DNA of 62,777 bases from an uncultured Planctomycetales bacterium. GTDB taxonomy: Bacteria; Omnitrophota; Gorgyraeia; Gygaellales; Profunditerraquicolaceae. Numbering within the stretch: the stretch's first letter is position 1; each line of letters opens with the position of its first letter. Below the pieces are notes generated by a model that was not told the origin of the DNA, searched no databases, and worked only from the letters and a program-made list of their open reading frames with translations. Where the stretch lies: contig CAZAPM010000003.1 in assembly GCA_964487475.1 (NCBI GenBank), positions 1 to 62,777 on the forward strand, in the 5' to 3' direction. A program made the translations under genes and the position numbers. Shown in pieces: positions 1-9,098 of this stretch.

Positions 1-1106
1 ACCTGGTTGATCCCCTCCATCTGGTACTCCACCGGGTCCTCGACCGTGACGATGTTCTTCTGCGGGGAATCCACCGACTTGAGGATCGAATACAACGTGG
101 TGGTCTTGCCGCTTCCGGTCGGCCCGCACACCAGGATCATCCCGTGCGGCATGCGCGAGGTCTTCTTGATGTTCTGTATGGCTTCCTCGGTAAACCCCAG
201 TTTCTCCAGGTCCAGCGTCGCCTGCGATTTGTCCAGCACGCGCAGCGCCACCTTCTCCCCGATGCTCGAAGGCAGGATCGAGACGCGGAAATCGACCTCC
301 CGGCCGGAGATCTTGATCTTGAAACGGCCGTCCTGCGGCAGGCGGTGCTCCGCGATATTCAAATTGGACATGACCTTCACGCGGGACACGATGGATGAAT
401 GCATGGTCTTCGGGGGCGCCTGCTGCTCCTGCAGCACCCCGTCGACGCGGAAGCGCACGCGCAGCTTATGCTCCAGCGGCTCCACCAGGATGTCGGAGGC
501 GCGTTTGCGCACTCCGTCCTCCAGGATCAGGTTGGTGACCTTGATCACGGGCAGGTCCTTGCTGACCTGCGCCAGCTCCGCTTCGCTGGGCCCGGAATCC
601 TTGGATTCCCGCACCACCTCGATAGACGAGATCGCCATTTCCTTGACCAGATCGTCGATGACGCCTCCCGTGGAATCGGGATAGCTCGCGTCGATGGTGG
701 ACATGATATCCTGGCTGGAGGCGATGATCGGGTTGATCTTGAGCCCCGTCATGGAGCGCACGTGGTCGATGGCGAAGACATTGAGCGGATCGGCCATGGC
801 GACCGTGGTGGTATCCCCCATCCGGGAGATCGGGATCAGCTGGTAGTGGCGGGCCAGGTCGGGAGGGATGATCTTGACGGTCTCGGGATCGATCTTGAAA
901 CGTTTCAGGTCCATCAGGGGAAGCCCCAAGCCCTGGGAAAGGGTGAGCATCAGGTCCGCTTCCTTGATGTACTTGAGATTGATGATGATCTCGCTCAGCT
1001 TGCCGCCACGCTGCTGCTGCACCTTAAGCGCCTCGTCAAGCTGCGCCTGGGTGATGAGCTTGTTATTGATCAGGAGTTCGGTGAGCCGCTCTTTCAGCGA
1101 GACCAT
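1..1106 (-). CDS. pilB: Type IV pilus/T2SS assembly ATPase (PilB/GspE family), truncated by left edge of window
   Basis: Not in ORF track; translated by hand from ATG at 1106: MVSLKERLTELLINNKLITQAQLDEALKVQ..., with ASDIFIEP, RLPQDGRF and Walker A MILVCGPTGSGKTTTLY, then TVEDPVEY. Confidence 0.92.
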   Translation of the reverse strand, partial: MVSLKERLTELLINNKLITQAQLDEALKVQQQRGGKLSEIIINLKYIKEADLMLTLSQGLGLPLMDLKRFKIDPETVKIIPPDLARHYQLIPISRMGDTTTVAMADPLNVFAIDHVRSMTGLKINPIIASSQDIMSTIDASYPDSTGGVIDDLVKEMAISSIEVVRESKDSGPSEAELAQVSKDLPVIKVTNLILEDGVRKRASDILVEPLEHKLRVRFRVDGVLQEQQAPPKTMHSSIVSRVKVMSNLNIAEHRLPQDGRFKIKISGREVDFRVSILPSSIGEKVALRVLDKSQATLDLEKLGFTEEAIQNIKKTSRMPHGMILVCGPTGSGKTTTLYSILKSVDSPQKNIVTVEDPVEYQMEGINQ

Positions 1107-1120
1107 ATGCTATCGAAGAA

Positions 1121-1570
1121 CTACTCCTTGTTCTTATAGTATTTCTCGATCGCCTTCTTCAGGTCTGAGGACGTAGAGACAAAGGTCTGCACGCTGCATC
1201 CCGAAAGGAGCTCCACATCCTCGATAGCCTGGATGTTGAGGGGATTGGACATGGCCAGTGTCAGGTTGTTGCCGATCTTGTCGATCGGGACGAGCAGGTA
1301 CTGCCTGGCCACGCGGCCGGGTATCACGTTGATGATCTCGGGGTTGATCTCGTAATTGCTCAAGGGAAGATAGGGGAACCCGTACTGGGCGGTCAAGGCC
1401 TGGGCGATATCCTCTTCCTTGACGAAACTCAACTCCACCAGGATCTCACCGATCAGGCCTCCCCGTTCCTTCTGATAAGCCAGGGATTTCTCCAGCTGCT
1501 GCTGGGTAAGGATCCCCCGCTCGATGAGCAATTCTCCGAGTTGTTTATTGATGATTCTGCGTATTGGCAT
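1121..1570 (-). CDS. Stand-alone MshEN/GspE N-terminal domain protein
   Basis: QLGELLIERGILTQQQLEKSLAYQ...LIGEILV resembles the MshEN repeat, followed by LTLAMSNPLN typical of the GspE/PilB N-domain; no ATPase domain. Confidence 0.85.
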   Translation of the reverse strand: MPIRRIINKQLGELLIERGILTQQQLEKSLAYQKERGGLIGEILVELSFVKEEDIAQALTAQYGFPYLPLSNYEINPEIINVIPGRVARQYLLVPIDKIGNNLTLAMSNPLNIQAIEDVELLSGCSVQTFVSTSSDLKKAIEKYYKNKE

Positions 1571-1591
1571 AGGTCGTGGTAGTTAAGCTGG

Positions 1592-2995
1592 TTATCCCAG
1601 TATCCTGTTCTTTCCCTGCATCTTAGCCAGGTTCAGGGACGATTTCGCCTTGGCGATAAGTTCCTCCGCGCTGATCCCGTCCAGAGGGTTCTCGCTCACG
1701 CCGCCGCTGACGGTGATGCGTTTGCAGGGGTCGGGATCCTCGCCAAAGGTGAACTCGATCTTCTTGCGTATCTCCTCCGCCACCTGCTGCGCATGGCGCT
1801 TGTTCTTTTCGGGAAGGATGATCGCGAATTCATTGTTGTCCGTGCGGCCGACCGGATCGATCTCGCTGACCGAATCCCGGATCAGCTGCGCCGCCTTGTT
1901 CAGCACCGCTTCCGACTGCGGGATACCGCACACCTGCAGGTACTTCTGGTAACCGTCGACATTGAGCAGCACGAACCCGCACGGCCGCTGGTAGGCGATG
2001 GAACGGCGTATCTCCTCCTGCAGGCGGTTGCGGATGAAGGATTCGTTGTAGAGCCCGGTCAGCTCGTCCTTGATCTCGAGCTTTTCCACGCGATGCGCCA
2101 GCATGTCGTTCTCGATGGAGATCGCGACCTGCTTGGCGAAGATATCCAGGATCTCGGTATCATCCCGGTCATAGGCGAAATTCTCCTTGGAGTTGCCCAC
2201 TCCCAGGATCGCCACCACCTTCCCCCGCATGTACACCGGCATGGCCAGGGTGTTCTTCAACCGGAAACGCTCGAAGAACCAGGCGAACATCGCTTCGGGC
2301 ACATGATTATCCCGGTCGATGATCAAAGGTTTGTTGGAGACCACCGCCTTGCGGAAGACATCCTCCTCCGCCTCGGAGCGGATGTTCATCAGATAATACG
2401 CCCGGGAACCTTCGGCGATCTTGACCACGAAAGCCCCGTCATCCTCCCTCCGCATCAAGAACGCCACGTCGGAACTGGCGAGAAAACGGCACTTCTCCAC
2501 GATCGCCTTCAGGATCACCTCCGATTTGACCGCCTGCGCGATCATGGAGCTCACCTGAAGCAGCCCGGAAAAAATAAGCATGCGCCGCTGCATCTCGATG
2601 TTGATCTCGGAAGAATGCTCGCTGTACTTCTTTAGCTCGTCGACGTTCCCCCGGATGCGGGTGGAAAGGTTCGAGAGCGCCTGGCGCAGGTCCCCCACCT
2701 CGTCCTGGGGCCCTCCCTCGGTCTTGTACCCGAGATCGCCCGCAGCCATGAGTTTCGCGTCATTGGTGATCGAAAGGATACGGTCGAACACCTGTTTGAT
2801 CAGCACGAAACCCAGTACCGAAACCGCCGCACTGGAAGCCAGCACCAGCAGCATGGTCCGGTCAAACCCCCACAAGGGCAGGATAAAACGCGCTACCAGA
2901 TAGATACTGACCAGAAAGGGCAGCACGGATACCAGGTAGAACGCGATCTTCAGCCGGTATTTAAGATTACGCGCGGAAAGAGATATGCTTTTCAT
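1592..2995 (-). CDS. Membrane HAMP-GAF-GGDEF protein with degenerate GGDEF domain
   Basis: Two N-terminal hydrophobic segments, HAMP (DEVGDL), GAF (LAMPVYMRGKVVAIL), DELTGLYN and AKMQGKNR; signature reads DNNEF. Confidence 0.85.
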   Translation of the reverse strand: MKSISLSARNLKYRLKIAFYLVSVLPFLVSIYLVARFILPLWGFDRTMLLVLASSAAVSVLGFVLIKQVFDRILSITNDAKLMAAGDLGYKTEGGPQDEVGDLRQALSNLSTRIRGNVDELKKYSEHSSEINIEMQRRMLIFSGLLQVSSMIAQAVKSEVILKAIVEKCRFLASSDVAFLMRREDDGAFVVKIAEGSRAYYLMNIRSEAEEDVFRKAVVSNKPLIIDRDNHVPEAMFAWFFERFRLKNTLAMPVYMRGKVVAILGVGNSKENFAYDRDDTEILDIFAKQVAISIENDMLAHRVEKLEIKDELTGLYNESFIRNRLQEEIRRSIAYQRPCGFVLLNVDGYQKYLQVCGIPQSEAVLNKAAQLIRDSVSEIDPVGRTDNNEFAIILPEKNKRHAQQVAEEIRKKIEFTFGEDPDPCKRITVSGGVSENPLDGISAEELIAKAKSSLNLAKMQGKNRILG

Positions 2996-3039
2996 GCCTT
3001 GTCCTTGGCAGACATGCCACCAATTATATAATGGACCTC

Positions 3040-3068
3040 ATTATACCTCTTAACCTACTGCGTATCAA
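3040..3068 (-). promoter_or_regulatory. sigma70-type promoter for GGDEF-MshEN-pilB unit
   Basis: Minus strand TTGATA-17 nt-TATAAT, 45 nt upstream of the ATG at 2995. Confidence 0.75.
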
Positions 3069-4788
3069 CAGCTTTATTCAAAGGCACCTGCATGGAGTCG
3101 GCGTACTCCTGCGCCAGTCTCTCCCTGTCGATCCCCATGGAAAGGAATCCCCACGGCAGCGCCTCATCCGTGCTTCGCTCCCGCAGATACTCCTGCGCAT
3201 CCACTCCGGCAGCGGCGAACGCCTCCTCCCAGACCCCGACCTTCAGGTGCTCCTGCCAGGCGTCGAACCGCGCGCCCCGCCGGTAGGCTTCCTCGATGGC
3301 ATTCGCCAGCCTCCTGTCCCCCCGGGTGAACACTCCCTCCAGGAACGTCAGGGGATATTCGTGAAAGCTGACCTTGATCAGCCGGTATTTTTTCAGCCTG
3401 TCCAGCAGGTACCGCTGTTTGCGCTCCGCCTCTTCCCGGGAGCACATCCCGCACCACTGCAGGGGAGTATGCGGCTTAGGGATAAAGGTATTGATGCTGA
3501 CGTTGACCTGGGCATATTTGCCTACCGCGTCCTTGCGCAGCGCGGAGGCTTTGAGCACCACTTCAACGATCGCGTCGAGATCCCGGTCATCCTCGTGCGG
3601 CAGGCCGATCATGAAATACAGCTTCACGTGCTGGTACCCCGCGGAGTACGCTTCCTTAAGCGTCCCGTAAAACTCGATGAAATCGAAATCCTTGCCGATC
3701 ACATGCAGCAGCTTCCGGGAGCCGACCTCAGGCGCAAAGGTCAGGCCGGTCTTCTTGATGCTGGCGATAAGCGTGGAAAGCTCGCCTACCAGCGCTTTCG
3801 GTTTGATCGAAGGCAATGACACGGCGATCCCCTGCGTGCGGCAACGGGCGATGAGCGGGCCCAGCACTGTAGGCAGATGCGGATAATCGCTTACGGAAAG
3901 GCCGGCCAGGGCCACTTCCTCATACCCGGTCGCCTCCTGGGAGGTACGGCAGATCTCCAGGACCTTCTCGGGAGAGCGCATGCGCACCGGATAATACTGG
4001 GCGCGGGCCTGGCAGAACCGGCAGCGGTTGGGACATCCGCGCATGACCTCCACCGTCACCCGGTCATGGATCACCGCCAGGTACGGCACCAGCCACTGTA
4101 CGGGAAAGAAGGAATTCTCGAAATCGCAGACGATCCTTTTCTCGACGCTCTCGCCGGCTTCAAACAGCGAGGGAACGTACACGCCCGGTATCTGTGCCAG
4201 GGACCGCAGCACTTCGCGCCGGGGAACAGCTCCCTGTTTGAAAGGCCCCTGCAAAGACCTGTATTTTTCGATGAGCTCGGGAAGCGCCTCCTCCCCTTCG
4301 CCGATGACAAAACAATCGAAGAACGCATGCACCGGCTCGGGATTGGCGACACAGGGACCTCCCCCGATGATCAGGGGATGCGCCGCGGTGCGGTCGCTGC
4401 TGCGCAAGGGGATCCCGGAAAGCTCAAGCATTGCCAGGACATTGGTGTAGCAGAGCTCATGCCCGAGCGAAAATCCTACGATATCGCAGACGCCTAGAGG
4501 CTGGCGGCTTTCCAGGGTGAACAAAGGTGTGGCGGTCTCTTTTAACCGGGCCTCGAGATCTGCGGCCGGCGCAAAACAGCGCTCGCAGGCAACACCTTCC
4601 ATCCGGTTCAATATCCCGTAGAGGATACGCACGCCCAGGTTGCTCATCCCCACCTCATAGAGGTCGGGAAAGCATAGCGCGACCTTGACCTGCGCTGCGG
4701 CGAAATCCTTGGTGGAAACGTTCCACTCCCTGCCGATATACCGGCCGGGCTTCAAAATGTCATCTCTTAACAAGTCATTGATGTTCAA
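3055..4788 (-). CDS. B12-binding-domain radical SAM protein (TIGR03960-like)
   Basis: KPGRYIGRE, LCFPDLYEVGMSNLG, CxxxCxxC (GCPNRCRFC), FIPKPHTP; likely TTG start at 4788 after GAAGGA; usual position downstream of rodA. Confidence 0.88.
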   Translation of the reverse strand: MNINDLLRDDILKPGRYIGREWNVSTKDFAAAQVKVALCFPDLYEVGMSNLGVRILYGILNRMEGVACERCFAPAADLEARLKETATPLFTLESRQPLGVCDIVGFSLGHELCYTNVLAMLELSGIPLRSSDRTAAHPLIIGGGPCVANPEPVHAFFDCFVIGEGEEALPELIEKYRSLQGPFKQGAVPRREVLRSLAQIPGVYVPSLFEAGESVEKRIVCDFENSFFPVQWLVPYLAVIHDRVTVEVMRGCPNRCRFCQARAQYYPVRMRSPEKVLEICRTSQEATGYEEVALAGLSVSDYPHLPTVLGPLIARCRTQGIAVSLPSIKPKALVGELSTLIASIKKTGLTFAPEVGSRKLLHVIGKDFDFIEFYGTLKEAYSAGYQHVKLYFMIGLPHEDDRDLDAIVEVVLKASALRKDAVGKYAQVNVSINTFIPKPHTPLQWCGMCSREEAERKQRYLLDRLKKYRLIKVSFHEYPLTFLEGVFTRGDRRLANAIEEAYRRGARFDAWQEHLKVGVWEEAFAAAGVDAQEYLRERSTDEALPWGFLSMGIDRERLAQEYADSMQVPLNKAVDTQ

Positions 4789-4803
4789 TTTTTTTCCTTC
4801 CCC

Positions 4804-4908
4804 GGGACGGTTCTGGTCAGAGTGACACTTCTCACCGATCAACAGAACCGTCCCGAAATATCCTCGCTACAAGGGGACACTTTTAACCGTAAAACAGAAC
4901 CGTCCCTA
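4804..4908. repeat. REP-like palindromic element cluster (GGGACGGTTCTG/CAGAACCGTCCC)
   Basis: GGGACGGTTCTG at 4804-4815 and its reverse complement at 4843-4854 and 4895-4906. Confidence 0.75.
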
Positions 4909-6015
4909 ATATGCACTTCGTCTGCGGCTGATCCCGGCCAGGATACCCAGCGCGGCGAAGGTGATCATCACCGATGATCCGCCGTAGCTCATCATGGGCA
5001 GCGGCACTCCGACTACCGGCGCCAGCCCCATGTTCATGGCCACGTTGATAAACACCTGGATCCCCAGCATCAGGGAGACCCCCCAGGCCATGAACTTGGC
5101 GAAATGGTCCCCGGTGCGCGAAGCGATCACCATCCCCTGCCATACCAGCACCGCATACAACCCCAGGAGCAGCGCGCACCCGAAGAACCCCCACTGCTCC
5201 GCGAACGCCGAAAATATGAAATCGGTGTGCGATTCGGGAAGGAAATGCAGCTGGCTCTGCGTGCCCGAAAGCCACCCCTTGCCGAAGAACCCTCCCGACC
5301 CGATGGCGATCTTCGCCTGAATGATGGTATACCCCGCGCCCAGCGGGTCCATGCTCGGGTTCATGAACACCATCAGCCTCGTCTTCTGGTATTCCCTCAG
5401 GTAATGCCACATCACCGGCACGGAGACCATGCACAAACCGAGAAAAGAAACCAGGTAACGCAGTTTTACCCCGGCCAGATAGATCATGGAAAGGAAGATG
5501 AACACCACGATCAGTCCGCTCCCTAAGTCCGGCTGCTCTATGACCAATCCGGCGGGGATCATGGTATAGAAAAACGGCAGGAGAAACCCCCGCACGAACC
5601 CGAGGTTGCCCACCCGCACCGAAAGTTGCGCCAAGGATTTGCTGCTGAAATATCTGGCCAGGATGATCACCATCACCAGCTTCGCCAGCTCGGAAGGCTG
5701 AAAATTGAACCACCCGAACTTAAGCCATCGCTGCGCGCCCAGACGCACGATCCCTAAGGCGAATATGGCAAAAAGCAACAGCACCGTCAGCGCGTACAGC
5801 GGCACCGCCGCGTCCAGGATGCGGTGATAATCGATGCGGGAAAGCAGCAGGAAAAGCACCGTGCCGACTATCACCCACATGATCTGGCGCTTATAGATAT
5901 CCTGCCAAAGCTTGCCTTCTTTATGCGCCGTGCTCGCGTAAATACAGCTGATCCCTATCACGCTGATCAAAAGCGCCGCGGCCAGGATGACCAGCCACGC
6001 CGGAAAACGCGTCAT
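4906..6015 (-). CDS. rodA: Rod shape-determining protein RodA (SEDS)
   Basis: GAQRW, FQPSELAK, QPDLG, FLPESHTDFIF, LPMMSYGGSS; follows mrdA. Confidence 0.96.
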   Translation of the reverse strand: MTRFPAWLVILAAALLISVIGISCIYASTAHKEGKLWQDIYKRQIMWVIVGTVLFLLLSRIDYHRILDAAVPLYALTVLLLFAIFALGIVRLGAQRWLKFGWFNFQPSELAKLVMVIILARYFSSKSLAQLSVRVGNLGFVRGFLLPFFYTMIPAGLVIEQPDLGSGLIVVFIFLSMIYLAGVKLRYLVSFLGLCMVSVPVMWHYLREYQKTRLMVFMNPSMDPLGAGYTIIQAKIAIGSGGFFGKGWLSGTQSQLHFLPESHTDFIFSAFAEQWGFFGCALLLGLYAVLVWQGMVIASRTGDHFAKFMAWGVSLMLGIQVFINVAMNMGLAPVVGVPLPMMSYGGSSVMITFAALGILAGISRRRSAY

Positions 6016-7718
6016 AACAGTTTCTCCTGCACCATACCTTCGATCACCTTACGCGCCAGCACGCACGCCGCCTGGCCCGATGCCCCGTGTTCCAGGAACA
6101 CGCAGATCACGTACCGGGGATCGTCCTGAGGAAAGTATCCCGCGAACCAGGCATGCGAAAGTCCTTTGGGCACCTGCGCCGTACCGGTCTTGCCTGCGAC
6201 CGATACCCCCGCACCTTTGAGCACCTCACCCGTGCCGTCCTCGACCACCCGCGTTAACCCGACACGGATCTCCTGCAGGGTATCCTTACGCAGCCCGACC
6301 TTCACCGACCGGCGCTTCAGCGCCGACACATCCTTTCCCGCGACCTGCGAGACCACGTACGGGGTAACGAGCGCCCCGTCATTGGCGAATACCGCCATCA
6401 GCCTGGCCATCTGCAAAGGGGTCACCATCAGATCCCCCTGCCCGATGGAGAAATTCAGCGTGTCCCCGTCATACCAGGTTCCCCTGCCCGCGCGCCTTTT
6501 CCAGGAAGGGCTCGGCACCGACCCCATGGACTCATACGGCAGATCGATACCCGTGGGCTTGCCCAGGCCGAAACGCACCGCCCAGTCATGGATCGACTGC
6601 GGGCCGACCAGCAATCCGGTACGGTAAAAATAGACGTCGCAGGAGTGCGCCAGCGCGTCATAAAGGTTCTCCTCATGGTGCACGTCCCAGCATCCGAACC
6701 TGCGGTTGCCGAACTGGATCCCTCCCTGGCATACGTACGTGGTGGAAGGCTGGATCTTGCCCGCTTCCAGGGCGGCTGCCGCCACCACCACCTTGAACAC
6801 CGATGCGGCGGGATAGACCCCGGCAATGGAACGGTTCAACAGCGGCACACCGGGATCGTTGAAATACTTGCTCAATTGCTCGCCCTTGCGGTGCACGAAT
6901 GCGCCCGGCTCGTATCCCGGGCCGCTGGCCATGGCCTTGATCTCTCCGGTAAAAGGGTCCATCACGATGACACTGCCGGGACGGTCATCCAGTGCCTCTT
7001 CCACGACCCGCTGGATATCCAGGTCCAGGGTAAGCTGCACTTCGCTGCCATCCACCGGCGCCTTGAACCCCAGCAGACGCATGAACCTGCCCCGGTGGTC
7101 GACCTCCATGGAAAGGCCCCCCTCCTCCTGCCGCAGGTAATAATCGTAACGCTCCTCGATACCGGTATAGCCGACGATATCCTTGGTCTTGTACCCGTAC
7201 TCCGCCAGCTTGGTAAGACGCCAGTGGTCTATCTCGTTGAGATAGCCGATCAGATGGCCGGCGCGCGCGCCGAAGGGATACTCCCGTATCGGATGCGGCT
7301 GGATCATCACTCCGTCGATCTGACTTTTCATCTCCTCCAGGGCGATCGCTTTGTGCGTGTCGACGTTCCTGGCCACCACCACCGGCACGGAAGAGGTCAC
7401 GAAATTGCGCTTATACATCCGCTCCAGCGCATCCGCATCCACCACCATCACCCGCGCGATATCTTCCAGCACTTCGCGCAGCCGCTCCTTCTTCTGCGGG
7501 AGCACCAGCACGTCATAGGTCAGGAAACTGTCCACCAGCGGCCGGCCGGAAGCATCCAGGATCCTGCCGCGCGCGCCGATCTGGGGGAGCATGCGCACGC
7601 AGTTCCTCTCGCTCAGATTCCGGTACATGCTGCCCTGCACGAACTGCAGATTACCCAGCCCGGCGAGCAAAAGCCCCGCCAGCACCGCCATGAACCAACG
7701 CACAAAAGAGGTTCTCAT
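6012..7718 (-). CDS. mrdA: Penicillin-binding protein 2
   Basis: SxxK (ASVFK), SCD, KTGTAQ motifs; located between mreD and rodA. Confidence 0.95.
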   Translation of the reverse strand: MRTSFVRWFMAVLAGLLLAGLGNLQFVQGSMYRNLSERNCVRMLPQIGARGRILDASGRPLVDSFLTYDVLVLPQKKERLREVLEDIARVMVVDADALERMYKRNFVTSSVPVVVARNVDTHKAIALEEMKSQIDGVMIQPHPIREYPFGARAGHLIGYLNEIDHWRLTKLAEYGYKTKDIVGYTGIEERYDYYLRQEEGGLSMEVDHRGRFMRLLGFKAPVDGSEVQLTLDLDIQRVVEEALDDRPGSVIVMDPFTGEIKAMASGPGYEPGAFVHRKGEQLSKYFNDPGVPLLNRSIAGVYPAASVFKVVVAAAALEAGKIQPSTTYVCQGGIQFGNRRFGCWDVHHEENLYDALAHSCDVYFYRTGLLVGPQSIHDWAVRFGLGKPTGIDLPYESMGSVPSPSWKRRAGRGTWYDGDTLNFSIGQGDLMVTPLQMARLMAVFANDGALVTPYVVSQVAGKDVSALKRRSVKVGLRKDTLQEIRVGLTRVVEDGTGEVLKGAGVSVAGKTGTAQVPKGLSHAWFAGYFPQDDPRYVICVFLEHGASGQAACVLARKVIEGMVQEKLL

Positions 7719-8272
7719 CTGTCCTCGTACTCGCTTACCCCGGAATAATCCTCATCCGTCTCCGCTTCCAGGTCCACCGGCTCCTCCTCGCGCTCCCGGG
7801 TGCGCAGGCGCAGCGCCTGCAGGAATTCCAGCAGCAGGAACCCGGCCAGCGCGGTATACACGGCCTCCAGCAGCATGGTCCGGACCAGGATGCCCCAGGG
7901 GATCCCCGGCGCGCGGAAAAAAAGCGGCCGGACCACAAGCGAATTCGCCGCCACCACCGCCGCCAGGAACATCCTGCGCACGGGGAACGTATCCACCGCG
8001 ATCATCCTTGAGAGCTGGACCATCACCATCCACCAGCCGACATAAAGGACCATGCCATTGCCGGCCATCGGGCCGCAGAAGGCGTCGCGCAAAAGGCCCG
8101 CGCACAGGGCAAAGACCAGCGACCAGCGCGCCGAAAGGACCATGCAGGCGCAAAAAAGGCCGGCGATGAACACATCCGGCTTGACGTTGAACCAGGTGAT
8201 GCAGTCCGCCAGCGCCACCTGCACGATCGCCGCCACCACCAGGTAACCGAAAAGCAGCGGATGCGCGCTCAT
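7715..8272 (-). CDS. mreD: Rod shape-determining protein MreD
   Basis: Hydrophobic protein with VKPD and AGLLRD motifs, between mreC and mrdA. Confidence 0.8.
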   Translation of the reverse strand: MSAHPLLFGYLVVAAIVQVALADCITWFNVKPDVFIAGLFCACMVLSARWSLVFALCAGLLRDAFCGPMAGNGMVLYVGWWMVMVQLSRMIAVDTFPVRRMFLAAVVAANSLVVRPLFFRAPGIPWGILVRTMLLEAVYTALAGFLLLEFLQALRLRTREREEEPVDLEAETDEDYSGVSEYEDR

Positions 8273-9045
8273 TGGCCGATGATCACCAGCACTTCTTCCA
8301 GATAGGATAACGGCGCCGCGGGCCGGATCGTGGCATAACGGCTCAACCCGGAAAGCTCCATCCCTACTTCCTGCACCGTGCCCACGGCGATACCTTTGGG
8401 GAACAGTTCGGTCATCCCGGAGGTGAGCACCACATCCCCCGGCTGGATATCGGCATCCTTAGGCAGGTATTTCATCACCAGCAGGTTGCCGAGGGTGCCG
8501 CTCACCAGGCCTTCCTGCCGGCTGCGCTGCACGAAGGCGGAGACCCCGAAGGAAGGGTCGCTGATCAACTGCACCTTGCTCGTCTGCTCCGCGCTTTCGA
8601 TGACCCTGCCCACCAGCCCGAGATAACTGACCACCACGTCGGACTTCTTCACCCCGCTTTTTTTGCCCCGGTCGATGATGATGACCGAGCTCCAGCTGTC
8701 CGAAGAGAATCCGGTCACTTTCGCGCCCAAAAGGGGAAAAGAAGATTGCTCCTTGAACGCCAGCAGCGCGCGCATCCGCTCGTTTTCCGCGGCCACCTCG
8801 CCGTATTCGATCAGGCGCTTGCGCAAGAGCTCGTTCTCCCGGCGCAGCGCCCGCTGGTCCAGATAATTACGGTGGTAGAAAATGAGCGCGCCGGCTTCAT
8901 GCCGAAACCCGGTAAGCAGGTTCAGCGGCCGGCGCAGGATATCGAGCAGAGGCGCTTCCAGGGTCGAGCCCGCCCTCACGGCGACCCACAGCGCCACAAA
9001 CCCGAAAAAGATGCGAATTAATTGTTTTTTATGGACGGTAAACAC
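8269..9045 (-). CDS. mreC: Rod shape-determining protein MreC
   Basis: ENERMRALL, IIIDRG, GLVGRV, TSG...FPKGI. Confidence 0.95.
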   Translation of the reverse strand: MFTVHKKQLIRIFFGFVALWVAVRAGSTLEAPLLDILRRPLNLLTGFRHEAGALIFYHRNYLDQRALRRENELLRKRLIEYGEVAAENERMRALLAFKEQSSFPLLGAKVTGFSSDSWSSVIIIDRGKKSGVKKSDVVVSYLGLVGRVIESAEQTSKVQLISDPSFGVSAFVQRSRQEGLVSGTLGNLLVMKYLPKDADIQPGDVVLTSGMTELFPKGIAVGTVQEVGMELSGLSRYATIRPAAPLSYLEEVLVIIGQ

Positions 9046-9098
9046 ATCGAATGGTCGCGAAGGCCCAACCCCTCCCCTTCGCTACAAGAAGGAAAAGA

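Noticed and set aside
9056..9083. Hairpin GCGAAGG/CCTTCGC between mreB and mreC as a terminator
   Set aside because: No U-tract follows on the coding strand; at most an mRNA stability element
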